This document shows positions 34,201 through 46,606 of a stretch of 64,000 nt of DNA, piece after piece. The notes under the pieces are model-generated. The model was not told the DNA's origin. It saw only the letters and a list, made by a program, of their open reading frames with translations, and made no database searches. The position numbers were made by a program, and so were the translations under genes. How positions within the stretch are numbered: position 1 is the stretch's first letter; each line of letters starts with the position of its first letter. The stretch comes from Paramoeba atlantica (lineage: Eukaryota > Protista > Discosea), in assembly GCA_977017575.1 (NCBI GenBank), contig CDRNVI010000030.1:124001-188000 (forward strand), read 5' to 3'.

Positions 34201-36700
34201 TTACTATCTTCAGTTCGTTTTCTAACAGAGAGCATCGAATCTCAGCCTCTTTGCAAGTGAACTCACTGTTTTTCATGCTTGCGTTTACCCTCTCACATAT
34301 TTCATCATACCGCGTTTCTTGCTTGCAGTTACGATTTACAGCATTTCGTAACTATCGTGTGCGCAAACGTCTTCGTAGAGTACGTTCGACGTTCCTCTTG
34401 CTTCGCACCTCATCCGCCGTTACTTCTGTTTGAATTTTTTCCTCGTCGTGACTTGGTTGTACATTTGGAGTTCTCGACTCGATCTCGTCCGGAGGTTCTG
34501 CTCTTAGAACCTCTTCTTCTGGTTGCTGAGAAGAAAGACTATTGCCAATCAATTCTTCAACCACTAGATCATAATTTTTTTGGGGTGAGATTTTCTCGTA
34601 TGGGATAGAGCTCGCGCGAGATGAAACATCCCCTTTTATTCGTGAGATAAAATCTAAGAAACTTTCATCTTCACCGCGTTCGACGTTACAAGCTAATTGG
34701 CCATATGCTACAAGGCCCTCCCCGTCACTCCACTCATCTTCACTAATAAGAGAGTTATCGCTTGAATCCACGGAGAAATCACTCAAAGTCCAATCCGGGT
34801 CATCACCGAGTGAGGATGGTGTTGATACGCTCAAATCTGAAATTGAGCTAGCATCAGAGCGAGGGGAAATACAGTAACTGGACTCCTCGTCCAGTTGCAA
34901 TGGCATGTTCCAAGAAAGTAAAGAAAAAAACGCAATTTGGCAATTCTACAACAAAACACGTTTTGCATTTGATAGTATCAAATTCTTACTCTGTCGGATG
35001 CTTCAAATACATATGAACGCATGATTCAAATACGTGTGAGTAAAGACAAGCTTTTCTTTCACGATTCGAAGAGTTTTAAAAACAAGACGTTTTCTAGCGG
35101 CTCATCTGTACGAAAGGCGTCAAATATTACCAAAAAAAATATTAGTGTCTGAACCGCGCTTGGCGACAAAGTCATCATATTTTTCCTTTCTAGAGGAGGC
35201 TCGCGCCTATCTTTTGAGGTACATACAGGTATATAAAACATATATACACTTGTAAGAATTGTTCAAAAAATGCTGAACGATCCTGTAAGAAAAAGTCGGG
35301 AAAATAAACGAAAAAATGAAAATACGTATTATTATGAAAAAAAAGGGCGGTTTTCTGTCTTATTTTTTTCAAAAATGCGAATTTTGCTTTAACTTCACCG
35401 CAAAACCTCCTGATCCCGGATGTTGAACCGCTTGAAGCGACTCAAGAGGGAGTAGCCGAAGCTCTCTCCACCTTTCACCGAGGGTCATCAGGTGGGGCTC
35501 TTGGTCTGCGACCGGAACATCTGCAGGTAGCCACGCAGTATCCTCATGGCGCGTATATCGGCCCTCTGGGGACAATCACCAAATTCATCAATCCCATGCT
35601 CGCAGGAAAAGTACCGTTAGAAGTCCAAGGCTATGCGGGGGGTCGATTGTGCACAAAAGATTGAAAGTTGAAAAAAGATGAACATGACGTACGCCCGAGT
35701 GCTGCTGGTGAAACCCTTCGTCGCCTGGCAAGAACGTCGCCTGCCTCGCGACTAGGGCACATGCCCGCAAACTCTTCAAAGGGCACCAGTATGGTGTAGC
35801 TACACCTGCGGGTGCAGAACGAGTGATACATCTCTACCGGAAGACCTTCGCCGAACACACACAGGGCGATGATTTTTTGTGTGCTGTGCGATAGATCGAC
35901 CTCAAAAACGCTTTTAATCATGTTTCGCGAGATTCTTTCACGCACTGGACGTGATTACGATATCGGGCCCAAAATGGGGATTACATCTCCACGCCGCCAA
36001 GTGCGAGCTTACACCACACCCCGCTTCCTCCCACCGTACGAAAATTTCCAGAAAGAGTTTGAGAAACGTGATGCGGAAGTACGAAACCAAATGAAGATAT
36101 TACGGTCCATGACGATGAAAGTTGCCAAAAGTTGAACATCCGGCAGAACCTGAAAGGGTTGAGCACAGGAACCTACTCTGATGTGAGTTCTCGGCAGCCA
36201 ACGTCCTCTAGCCGTTTTAGTGGCCTTGAGGGACGCGCTCTGCGGGCTCGAAGGAGAGATGGAGTCACTTGCTGAGGCCCCGGTCATACCCGTGACTGAC
36301 ACCCTCACCCGAGGGGATCGAAACGGCAAAGATCTTCGTGACGCCTTTCGCAGTCTCATCGGGACGCGTGACAACCCTCGCTGCGGCGCCTAACTTCACC
36401 AGTGTCTAACAGACATCGATTTTCCCACGGAACCGTGGCTTTCCCAATACGTGAAAAGGGAAGTAAAAGGTTCGGTAAGATGCCGACCGGACATGCACCG
36501 TTATGGAAAGCTCCTCGCAGACTCCCCTCCGGACTCGCCCATACCAAACGCCGAATCCAGGGGCATGCGACTCGACGTTTGGTCCCTCCTGTGTAAGATG
36601 GGAGCCGTGCTGCTCCTGCACCGCTGGGCGTGTGTAACATGACCGAATTAGCTCTTTGTGTATGCTTCTCAAGGTTTTACCGGGTCTCAAAGTTGGAAGC
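31280..36700 (+). mobile_element. CRE/SLACS-clade non-LTR retrotransposon relic interrupted by a Tc1-like element
   Basis: Left part: GELSRPRAALTSEPLAPDDEATYAKLPSKHP. After 35392: RGSSGGALGLRPEHL, DVRPSAAGETLRRL, QYGVATPAGAE, IDLKNAFN, GPKWGLHLHAAKCEL. Many frameshifts. Confidence 0.8.
32307..35389 (-). mobile_element. Tc1/IS630-like DNA transposon, about 3.1 kb, frameshifted DD46E transposase
   Basis: TIR aagcaaaattcgcattttt (19 bp perfect) with TA/TTAA flanks; ORF 33066..33875 has FSDDS, VMIWGAI, MEDGAPAH, WPADSPDLNPIE; HTH part 33736..34182; acidic ORF 34352..34906. Confidence 0.85.
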
Positions 36701-36799
36701 GCTACGCTCCGTCCTCGTGTGGCGGCTCGAAGACGTACCTTAGGTACGACGTACCTAAGGGTCCCATAGGTTACCTTTGGGACAGTGGGCTACTACTTA

Positions 36800-37424
36800 T
36801 ATTGTACCCATACGAAAGTTTTACTCTTTGTACCACCTTTTTGCTCTTTTTCGTTTATTTTTCGTTTAGCATCCAAATCATATCAACAAACCTTGAATCG
36901 CATTCGAATGTTCACTCTCTTCTTCAGAGTCATCTTCTATCTCTTCATTGTCATCTTCGTAACACCTCCCTTCCCACTCCATTTCTTACAAACTTCAACG
37001 CCAACAAACGAGCGCAGATGCCTTCTTTCCAGATTGCATTCTTAGAAAAAAAGTGTAGTGAAACAACCGTTTCATCTGGAAACGAACGTTTCTTTAAGAA
37101 AGATAAATCCTCTTTAAGACTTTCATATCTTACTTTCGATACATACTTCCCCAACTTCCGTACTTCCTCAACTCAAACTCAGATTTCGTTCAAATCTGTT
37201 GTTTGAACTGTACGTGGGGGAGCCAGTGAGCCGGCAGGACGTCCGTGCTTCTTCGTACGTGGAGAAAGAGCATTGCTTGCAGTGTGGGGGACAATTGGGG
37301 ACTGCACGGGCACTTTGACATTCACCCGCATGGGAGGACGGGGTAAATGAAGAGGATTAGAGGGCGCGACTGTGGCCTCTATTGGGTTTACAATTATTCT
37401 TCCTCCGTTGTTTTCTTCATCCAC
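36800..37424 (-). pseudogene. Degenerate ORF of unknown family
   Basis: 37179..37424 and 36951..37154 are collinear protein-like frames separated by stops; no recognisable motif. Confidence 0.3.
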
Positions 37425-37564
37425 GTCTCATCAAATTGAACGTGCTGAAGTGTTGCAGGAAGCGTCTGAATTCTAATTTAGAATTTCTATCAGGGGTATG
37501 AAAATATATCATATGTATATTTATAGTATTTGAAAAAAAATTATAGTACTATACATACTGTATA

Positions 37565-38315
37565 CAGTGGTTTCAGTTGATCTTGCCCCCCCCCTCGGAT
37601 TTTTGATTTTTTTTATCCGATTTTGCTCATCTTTGCAGCATTGGAGAGATCTCGTTCCCCTAGCGAAGGGCTTTGCCGCCCGTTTTTCATAGAGACCCCC
37701 TGGTGCCCCCTGAGTGACCCGAAAGTTGACCAAAATAAAAACAAATGATATTTTTTTACCAATGAAAAATAGAGCAAAAAACGGATTTTCTGTCCAAAAG
37801 TTAACTCTGAAGGCAAAGAACTAGTATCCGGAATGGCTTCCATTGTTTTGCAACACGCTTCGAAGTCTATTTGGGATCGAATTCAATTGTGTCGCACACA
37901 TTGTGGAGTTGTCTTCTCTTTTGTCATTACTTTGTTCGACGTACTCCCCCTGTTTGGGGTATGAGGGTCTGATCTTCATAATGTAGAGGTGTTGACTAAA
38001 TTGAACTAGGCAATAGAGAGGGTACTAGACATAGAGCTTTCAAATTATCAATTTAGAACGCTATCACTCGTACTTACAAGTGCAAAATATGCAGAAAATC
38101 GGGAAAATGTGGCAAAAAATAGTTGTGTACACAGAAAAACTCCGTAAAAACAGTGTTTTTTGGACCCAGGGGGACCCAGGGGGTCTCTATGAAAAACAGG
38201 CGGCAAAGCCCTTCGCTAGGGGAACGAGATCTCTCCAATGCTGCAAAGATAAGCAAAAACGGATAAAAAAAATCAAAATTCCGAGGGGGGGGGGCAAGAT
38301 CAACTGAAACCACTG
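37565..38315. mobile_element. Tc1-derived deletion element with about 150-bp TIRs and TA TSD
   Basis: ta|cagtggtttcagttgatcttgccc...gggcaagatcaactgaaaccactg|ta; the interior minus strand encodes SIPNRLRSVLQNNG, a Tc1 C-terminal motif. Confidence 0.88.
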
Positions 38316-38633
38316 TAGTATTATAATCTATAAAAATCTATAACAGGAAAAAGTGCTCAAAAACATTTTGATGTTCTCTTTTAGCACGATTGGCACCAAG
38401 TACAATGTCAATTTATGACAGGCTTAATCAACTTTCTTATGTTTCGCGTCAGAAAACTTAGTTTTCAGTTTTTTTGATTGTGCATTTTCCACCAAAGGAA
38501 AAAAAGAAGCTACCAGGACTCGTTTTTGAGGGAAAAAATCATCCAAACCCGCCAAAAATCCTTCAAAAAATTATAGATTTTTGTATATAGTATTTTGAAA
38601 AATTATAATATTACTAGTATGTAGTACTAATTA

Positions 38634-41005
38634 CATACCTTCCGCGTGTATGTGTGTACGTACACGTGTAAGTTAGCCACTTACACACTTTTTTGGTAAC
38701 CCGTTTCGTAACAGGTGTACAGTAAAAAAATAATTATATGTACTTACCAAACGAAACTAGTCAAATTTAATATAGTGTTTCATCTGATTACATTCTTTCC
38801 TGACTTTCATTTCTCTTTTTGCTTTATGGGAAAGCGATCTCGCGTAAGCAGACGCGGACACACACAGACGAATTCACTTTGAATGCGAAGAATACATGGG
38901 GAATTTAGCTGAGTTTTATGGGAGAATTCAAGACATCGGTTCCACCGATCGCATCAACATTCAACTCGGGGTACGAGAGAGGCTGCCTAAGATAACTTTG
39001 TTGAGCTGCGTAGGACACGTGCTTAACAACATTGCGAAACAGACATTAAAGGATAACGAAAACAAGCCCATTTTTCGACTTAAGCGTTCCTTCTGCAATG
39101 CATTCTACTCCGGAGCACAAACTAGTGCAAAGCAAGGCAAGTACAGGGCCTTAGGCGTCCAGCTTGCGAAGTTTGAGAAGCGAGTAGTCGACGCTGAAAT
39201 TTTTTTCATGCAATCATATGGGGCCCTCGGAATGGAAGACGCGCCCAATTCTTGGATACTTATTCTCGAATCCCGAATTCGGGAAGCACTTTACGTCCTG
39301 AAGCCCGTTGTGGGAGAGAGCGCGGATTTACTATTAAGTGAACTTAATAATCCAGATAATACGAAGGAAAAGCACGAAATTCTTATTAAACACGGAGCTC
39401 AGATTTCCGAAGCTTTGAACATTTCACGAGCCAATAGGGCCGTAGAAACCCCGAAACTAGGTGGCGTCACTCGGTGGGTGCTGGACAAATTTGTTTCTAT
39501 CTCTTTTCTTGTTAAAGAAATGCGCACTGTTATGGAATACCTGCACCGAGAACTAGAAAACGAACGCGTATCTAAATCGGTTGCGGAATGTGCTCGACTG
39601 ATTCGGGTTCACGGTCATGAAGAGTTGCAAGAGGAAGGAAAGTTGTTTTTAAGCGAATGCAAGGAATTGCACACAGCCCTTCGCCGTTTTTCTGACTCAA
39701 AGCGGGTACCAACTGCGACACGCGTTTTTCCAATGTTCGAACGGCTTCGTGAGACTGCTGCTTCTCCTAATGCCCCATCTGGGTTGAGTGATGCCATTGA
39801 ACGAAATTGGAGCCGGCTCGAAAGAAACCACGACATGAAGATTTGGCAGGACGTTATGTAGTTCTCTCCTATATGCATAGTGACTTATTTGCGCGTAGGG
39901 GCGCTAGTCCCATATCAGTGCATCGCGCCAACAACCTATTTTGCCGAGATGAGAGTGAAGATTTGTTCGGTATTACTGAGATTGCTTGGAATGCTTTTGT
40001 TACCGCCGCTAATTATCACATAAGTCCCGTCAAGCACACGAACGAGCACGTGTGGTTGGAGGACATCGGGCGGACAATGTTTCCGGAAGTGTATCGGGCA
40101 GCGAAACATTGGATTCGGCTTCCTTCTGTAGTAACGCAATGCGATTCGTGGCTTTCAGTGTTAAGTAACAAGTACAGTAGTCGACAAGCCAGTATTGGAA
40201 CATGTACAGTCGCAAATCAAATGTTTTTACGAGGAAACATGTCATATTTACCTTCTTTGGATAAGTCGATAAAACCTATTGAGCAGTGCAATACGCAAAA
40301 GGGAGAAACCAGTAGCTACTATACTGAAGATAACACGTGCACATCTGAGAGTTCGCATTCTGAAGTTGAAACCGATAATATTATTGATTCGTAACTTTAA
40401 GTGATTCTACAATGCGTCGTATATTTCATTGTATGTTTTGAAAATGAAAATTTCAAGATAATATATTTCAAGATAAGATAGGGCGGGGGGGAGGGTAGGC
40501 TTCCGGTGGGCCTAGGGGGTGTACACCAAAAAAAATATTCGTTATAATTGCATGTAATGTTTTGAATTTAAGCATTTTTATATCCTCAGATGCTAATTAC
40601 GATAAAGTATACTTTTGTTTTCTCATTTTACGTGGGTTTTTCCGTCCGTTCTTCTCATTCGCATTGTTTTTCCTATTGTAAAAAATGGGAAATTATTTAC
40701 ATATTTTATAAACCTATACTACCCCTGTGTATACAGGGGGATAAGAGTAGGAAAACTACTCAAAATAAAAAAAAAATATTGTTTCTGTAAAGCTGCCTTC
40801 TCCGAAAGCTCTCGGACTTACCAGGCACTGCCATCTCATTGACGGTACACGCGCCGACCAAAAACGTCATTGGTTCAAAAATCCAAAAGGTGGACAAATA
40901 ATATTTCATACTCTGTGTAAAGTGTGTAAGTGGCTAACTTACACGCGTGTAAGATCCCACTTACACGCTCATTGTGTAAGTGGCTAACTTAGCCCGGAAG
41001 GTATG
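38634..41005 (+). mobile_element. hAT-family element, N-terminally truncated and frameshifted transposase
   Basis: CVGHVLN (CxxH), VTRW, C-terminal dimerisation-like region in 39807..40394; TIR cataccttccg/cggaaggtatg; gtgtaagt..acttacac subterminal palindromes. Confidence 0.78.
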
Positions 41006-41140
41006 TAATTATTACTTCTAATAATAGATTTTGTAGATTTTCAGACCCCTGATTCTATTACAATCTAAGCATTTGCGAATTTGAACTTCTTGCCTACTAG
41101 AAAGCAAAATAAAATGGTAGATCAAAATATCTTTCTATCT

Positions 41141-41887
41141 CTATGTCCTTGATTTGCGTATCTTCGTGCCCTCAATCTCTACGAAGTAAGGATTTAGACT
41201 CTGAGGCAAAAGACTCTTCTTCACCTCACCTTGAAGTTCTTTATTACAACCCAGGCATAGACCCAGCAGACCTGAAGGTAATGAATCAAACTCTACCCAG
41301 CCTTCGAACTGATTTCTATTGAGATCAAGATAGGATAGATTTGGTGGGAGTCGACGTAGATCCGGAGTTCCCGTAAAGGCATTGTCATCTATCGCTAGGA
41401 ACTCAAGATTTAGGGGCAGACGGCCCAAATCGACGTTTCCTGATAGTTTATTCCGCTGGAGCACTAGTTGTCGCAAAGTTTGCGGTAAACATGTCAAATC
41501 GATTGATCCAGTGAAACTATTGTCGGAAAGGTCAATGATCGCAATTGCAGGAGGCAAGTCCTTGAGAGGTAATTCCCCACTAAGTTTATTGTGTTGAGCA
41601 CGAATTTCGAGCACTGAGTGGGGGAGAAATTTCAAACAGATACGGCCCCGCAGTTTGCGACCTGCCCACTCGAGCTTAGATACTTTATTTCCCTCATCAC
41701 ATATCACATGATTCCATTCACATGCTGGCGTGTTGGTATTCCAAGAGGGATCGGTATTTCCGACGTCTTTGATAAAGTTTGCAAGTTCGTATTCTTGTGG
41801 GACGTTGACACCACGAATCCGACCGGTACGTGACGATGGAATGTTCTCAGCCGTAAACAGGATATGCGAAAATGTCCTGCGAGACAT
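41141..41887 (-). CDS. LRR protein, 248 aa (subfamily A)
   Basis: Close paralog of 22118..22879; intact. Confidence 0.93.
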   Translation of the reverse strand: MSRRTFSHILFTAENIPSSRTGRIRGVNVPQEYELANFIKDVGNTDPSWNTNTPACEWNHVICDEGNKVSKLEWAGRKLRGRICLKFLPHSVLEIRAQHNKLSGELPLKDLPPAIAIIDLSDNSFTGSIDLTCLPQTLRQLVLQRNKLSGNVDLGRLPLNLEFLAIDDNAFTGTPDLRRLPPNLSYLDLNRNQFEGWVEFDSLPSGLLGLCLGCNKELQGEVKKSLLPQSLNPYFVEIEGTKIRKSRT

Positions 41888-42539
41888 TAGTTACTACTAA
41901 TAGTAGTACAATCGGGTGTCAGAAAAACTCTTAAAGTTTGATTAATAGCATTAAATGTATAAAATAAAATATAGTACTACTCCCCCCTCCATAAGTAATT
42001 ATAAGTATAAATTATAACTTTTTTGAATTATAAATTTAATTATAATTATAATTATATTTACTTATGGATGTGGAACTGATAAACCTGGAGGGGAGTAAAA
42101 GTTGTTATCTTAGATACTTGCCATCACAATTTCACAAATAAGCGCTTCGAATAGATAATCGTTTTATTACCTTTACCTTCTATACCTTGTCTCTCTGTCT
42201 TGGTCAGAACGTGGAGTGCTGGGCCCAGATGCCACCTGGTCTTACCCCCGAACCAACCCCAAACGTTCGTGCTACACGACCCTCGATAAGTCAACAAACC
42301 TCTGTTGAACGGCCGAGCCGTCAAACACCGATATGAAGCTCTATAGTCTATAGATGTTTTGGAAACATCTATAATAGACAAAAACGAACAAAACATTCAT
42401 GTTCGAGGCAATAAATCACTAAGGAATACTTTATTAAACATAAGAAAATATTTACAATGTTATCGGTAACTCTTCGATTGTCGAAAACTCTAGGTAAAGT
42501 CATCGGACGGCCGTCCGTTCGAAGAGGACTCATCGAACA

Positions 42540-43030
42540 CGTCTATCGCTTTGGCGTCTGACCCCTCTTGTGCAAGCTATGTTACTTGCGGCAGAAGTTG
42601 GTAGAACTATTACAAAACGCTATCTAGTGCGTAAGAACCTGGATGCCAATTGAACCGATTTTTGAAGATGCTTCGGTGGCCAGAAGCGGGGATACTCAGT
42701 GAGGAGCGCAAGCGATTCTTTGGGGCCGTGGAAGCCCTGAAGTCCGGCACAGCCCTGAACCCGTGACGTTAGCCCTACCGTTCTTGTCGCGTTGCGGGAT
42801 AAATTGTGTTCCCACGAAGTCATTCTGACAGCGCAACCACTACAGGGCGTAGCCTCGCAATAAGAAGAGAAGACTAAGCCCTACAGAACGTCCAAAGACA
42901 TGCATGAAGCTTTTCGATCAGTCATCGGTACGCGCCAAGTGCCTTGATGCTTGGAGCTCTTGCGTCAGTGGACCCCGAGCAACTTCGGTGCATTTCTGGG
43001 GCCACTATGGACCGCTGGAGACCACTACGG
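42540..43030 (+). mobile_element. Second CRE-like fragment
   Basis: SKDMHEAFRSVIGTR at about 42895-42935 matches GKDLRDAFRSLIGTR at about 36325-36370. Confidence 0.55.
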
Positions 43031-43150
43031 GACAATCCGCGCCACGACAATTACACTTCAAAGTGTAAGTTGTGCATTCACGGGGGTGCACGAAATGGGC
43101 ATACAGGGGGGGGGGTCTAAAATTGGAATTTTTTTGCCCTACCCTGAAAT

Positions 43151-43787
43151 GAGGGGCTGCGGGTGAAACCTCGTGAAACTTCGGTGAAAACTTGTTGAAA
43201 CCTCGGTGAAACCTCGTGAAACCTCAGTGAAACCTCTCGAAACTCAGCTAAAACCCCTCAAAGCCATGCTCAAGAGTTTGTCGTCCAACAACTCAGCAAA
43301 TAAAATAGAAATACAGCAATACTCAGTGCTGGATAAATTCATTTTAACGTCTTTCAAAAATCGGTTCAACAACGCCACAACCACGACTACACAGGATTTG
43401 GTTCTCTTGCTTGAAATTTTTAAGAGATCTATTAATGTATGTGGCATACTCATACTGAGGATTCACGCACAATGATCTATACACGAGAACCAATACAATC
43501 TGCACCACATTTTTTATTTTTCAAAAGGGTCAGAAGAGTTCTTTGTCTTACAATTGCTTTACTCTATACTATTTAACTTTAATTATTAAAATTACTATTT
43601 TTAAAATGTGACAGATAACTAGGGGGAGGGGTGACTGATAACTAGGGGGGTACAGTATGTGTGTACATAAATCAAAAGAACACTTCGCTAAAATAAGACA
43701 TAGATAATCAATATTTTCCGGTGATCACCCTCACAAAATTATTGTGCGTGCGAAACCTCGGTGAAACCTCGCGACCCGCAGCCCCTC
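43151..43787. mobile_element. Second Sola2-like non-autonomous element
   Basis: TIR GAGGGGCTGCGGGT; AAAT on both sides; GAAACCTC(G) subterminal repeats. Confidence 0.7.
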
Positions 43788-43848
43788 AAATGTTTTGGTC
43801 TTCTAGACAAAATGGCTCTAGGGGTAAAGGGGAGGAGCGCGCGTTGCC

Positions 43849-44750
43849 CTATAAATAGGGGGAGATAATAAGACCGTTTCGGAGGCTACGTTTTTCGGGC
43901 CAACTGTAGACGGGGGAATTGATAATGTCAAACATCAAACGTGGTGGGCAGATGTACGGAAAGAAAAGTTTCCTTCTATTTATCGCGCTGTTAAGCACTA
44001 CTTGTCGGTATCCCCAATAGTCACTGCCTTGAAAGTTTATCAAAACATGTCCCTTTTTCAAGTCTGTGCATTCTTTCCGCAATGCGTTCTACCCCGGATC
44101 CCGAACTAGTGAAAAGCAAGGCAAGTGCAGGGGCTTGTGAAGTTTGAGAAACGAGTAAGTTATGCATACTAGCCACAAATACCGAATTCGTAGCCACAAA
44201 TACCGAATTCGGGAAGCACAGAGACAGCACAGAGAGGATTTACTAGTAAGTGAACTTCAAAATGAAGATAACACCAAGGAACAGCACGAAATTCTTGTAA
44301 AACACGGAACTCAGATTTCCTAAGCTTTGAACATTTCATGAGCCCTATAGGGCCATAGAAACCCCGAAATTAGGTGGCGTCACTGGATGGGTACCAGAGA
44401 AGTTTGTTTCTAGATCCTTTCTTGTCAAAGAAATGCGCATTGTTATGGTATAACTGTACCGAGAACTAGAAAACCTTTGCAAGCATTCCCCTATTTGGAA
44501 AAGGCGATAAGAACTACCCAGAACTAGAAAACATTTGCATACATTGGAGAAGGCGATAGCATCTCTTGAGCAACGCAATTCGGAGAAGGGAGAAACTACC
44601 ACCTATACTATACATGTATGGAAGACAACTCGTGTACATTCTGTGAGAGCTCACATTCTGAACTTAAAACCGACAATATTTGATTTGTAACCTTAATTGA
44701 TTGTTCAAATTTCATGCATTGCATATTTCCTTGTATGTTTCGAAATTGGC
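43849..44750 (+). pseudogene. Degenerate copy of the hAT transposase
   Basis: 44240-44470 aligns by eye with 39320-39550 (for example gaaaccccgaaa(c/t)taggtggcgtcact). Confidence 0.75.
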
Positions 44751-45715
44751 ATTTAGCTTCGTTACCCAATGCTTCGGTATGTACTGTAATGCTTTGAATA
44801 AAAACATTTTAATAGCCACAGAAGAAAAATACAGTACTTTTGTTTTCTCATTTTCTTTCAGTTCTCATTCACATTGCTCTTCCTATTTTAAAAAGTTATT
44901 TACAGAGGATACAATGGATAAAATTGTACAGGAAATTGTACAGTGGGGTACAGAAGATGAAATTAGAGGCCACGGCATCACCTACTTCCACACCTACTTC
45001 CTTACAACCACAGAAATCATGCCTTCATCGTCCGAGGACGCGACTACAATGTTCCCGAAGCAGTGTCCCACAATAAGTCTGAGACAATGGAACGGGTACA
45101 CCGCTCGTGCGTTCATGCCTCCTCGTTATGGTGCCCCCTCGCCCGAAAGAGTCATCGATATGATCCGACAAAATACAGAACTGACTTCAATAAGTACTTT
45201 GGAAGACTCGTATGCGAAGTTCAGACGGTCGTACGGTTGGGTATAGTGGGGTTGGGGCAAATACAGTGCTCAGCTCCCGCAGATGTGAACTTACGAATTT
45301 CTCGTTGGGTTGAAAAACTCTACGTAAAAAAGATTCTTTGTCATCCAACTTCACGACCGTGTCCTCAGTCGCCTATTTAAGAGGGCGTACGATGAGTTGC
45401 TTGGTTCATGGCGAATCGAGAACTCTGTGTGTAAGGTAACTCGTTATTTGGTGCTGGAGTGGACAACAGAGGCCCATGCGAGAGTATCGATCTTCTTAAC
45501 GTCGCCCGCAGGGACATCAAGCAGCCAGTAACTAAGCCTGTAAGGCCGGGAAACGATGGCAGTGCTATATAATCAACAAGGCTTCTCACAAGAAGAAATA
45601 GCAGAAAAGGTTGGAGTAAGCCTCCTTAGTAAGCGAGGCTACTCTGAACCGAGAGCTCAAGCGCGGCACATTTCTCGGCGAGTACAGTGCGCACGGGACG
45701 ACGGAAAAAGCCAGG

Positions 45716-46606
45716 GTGTCACGGAAGCGCAAGAAACTTACGATTTCAGATTCACTGCGACATAAAATTCTCTCCCTTTCGGAAAAGGGATTTAGTCCAC
45801 AACAAATAGCGACTGCAATACATAAAGAAGATGGTGTGAAGCTTTCGCGTGTCGCAATTTACGGTTTCATCAAACGCGAACACAGATCGGGGCACTTGGT
45901 CTTCTTTTTCTTCGGCGGGAGGAAGGTCGTGGCACAAATCGCCTCAAGATACCAAATAGGACGGATATTAGCAAACATCCCGATTCTGGGAACACTCGCT
46001 CCCCGTATGGGGACTGGGAATGGGTATGAGATTGGGAATGGAACCTCATGGAACCGACGCAGCACAGTACTGCGTTTTTCTCAGTATTGTAGAACGACAA
46101 CACCGGTTTGGCATCCTTCGCAAGCTGTCTTGCAAATGGTCGTAGCTCATTGCGCAGGAAATTATCCGAGCACTGCGAGGTTATCAGGTTCGTACTTTTG
46201 CGACAACGGCTCTGAGTTTGCGAAGCACGAAGCAGTGAATTCAGTGAATTTCGATTTTCTACAGTTTAACTCCATCCCGTCGTGGCTCACGAACCTCGAT
46301 ACTGAGCCCCGAGCAGACGGATGGGTGAAACTAACGAAAGGAGAGGAGTACATAATCGAGCTAATTTGCCCCTGGGAGGAGAACTTTGCCTACGCGCGTG
46401 AACGGAAAACGAACAAGTACACGAAGATTTATCATTCCAGGAAGCTTGAGCACCCAGCCACCTTTCTTTTGGTGTTCGAAATAGGTGCACGAGGGAAGCT
46501 CCACAGCTCAGCTCGAGCTCTGAACTCTCTTTTTCTTCGGAACGATAGTCTCATTCGAGGCATGCCGGCAAAGTATGACCCAGAGCGCACTGCGAGGAAG
46601 TTTTAA
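45716..46606 (+). CDS. ORF joining an HTH to a restriction-like (PD-(D/E)xK) endonuclease of RLE-type non-LTR elements
   Basis: N-terminal SPQQIATAI...LSRVAIYGFIKR; C-terminal PRADG, IIELICPWEEN, ERKTNKY, FEIGARG. No RT domain; GTG start, so possibly a relic. Confidence 0.6.
   Translation: MSRKRKKLTISDSLRHKILSLSEKGFSPQQIATAIHKEDGVKLSRVAIYGFIKREHRSGHLVFFFFGGRKVVAQIASRYQIGRILANIPILGTLAPRMGTGNGYEIGNGTSWNRRSTVLRFSQYCRTTTPVWHPSQAVLQMVVAHCAGNYPSTARLSGSYFCDNGSEFAKHEAVNSVNFDFLQFNSIPSWLTNLDTEPRADGWVKLTKGEEYIIELICPWEENFAYARERKTNKYTKIYHSRKLEHPATFLLVFEIGARGKLHSSARALNSLFLRNDSLIRGMPAKYDPERTARKF

Noticed and set aside
32304-35392. Kolobok or piggyBac assignment from TTAA flanks
   Set aside because: The palindromic TTAA is equally read as a TA duplication, and the encoded transposase is Tc1/IS630-type.
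35470-35500. Hammerhead core (CTGATGA..GAAA) on the minus strand
   Set aside because: Stem II closure is non-canonical, no stems I/III were found, and it lies antisense within RT coding sequence.
7118-46606. Fanzor/TnpB-like RNA-guided nuclease among the TE ORFs
   Set aside because: No ORF shows split RuvC motifs with a C-terminal zinc finger; the 7118 ORF has N-terminal Zn ribbons only and the 45716 ORF is PD-(D/E)xK type.
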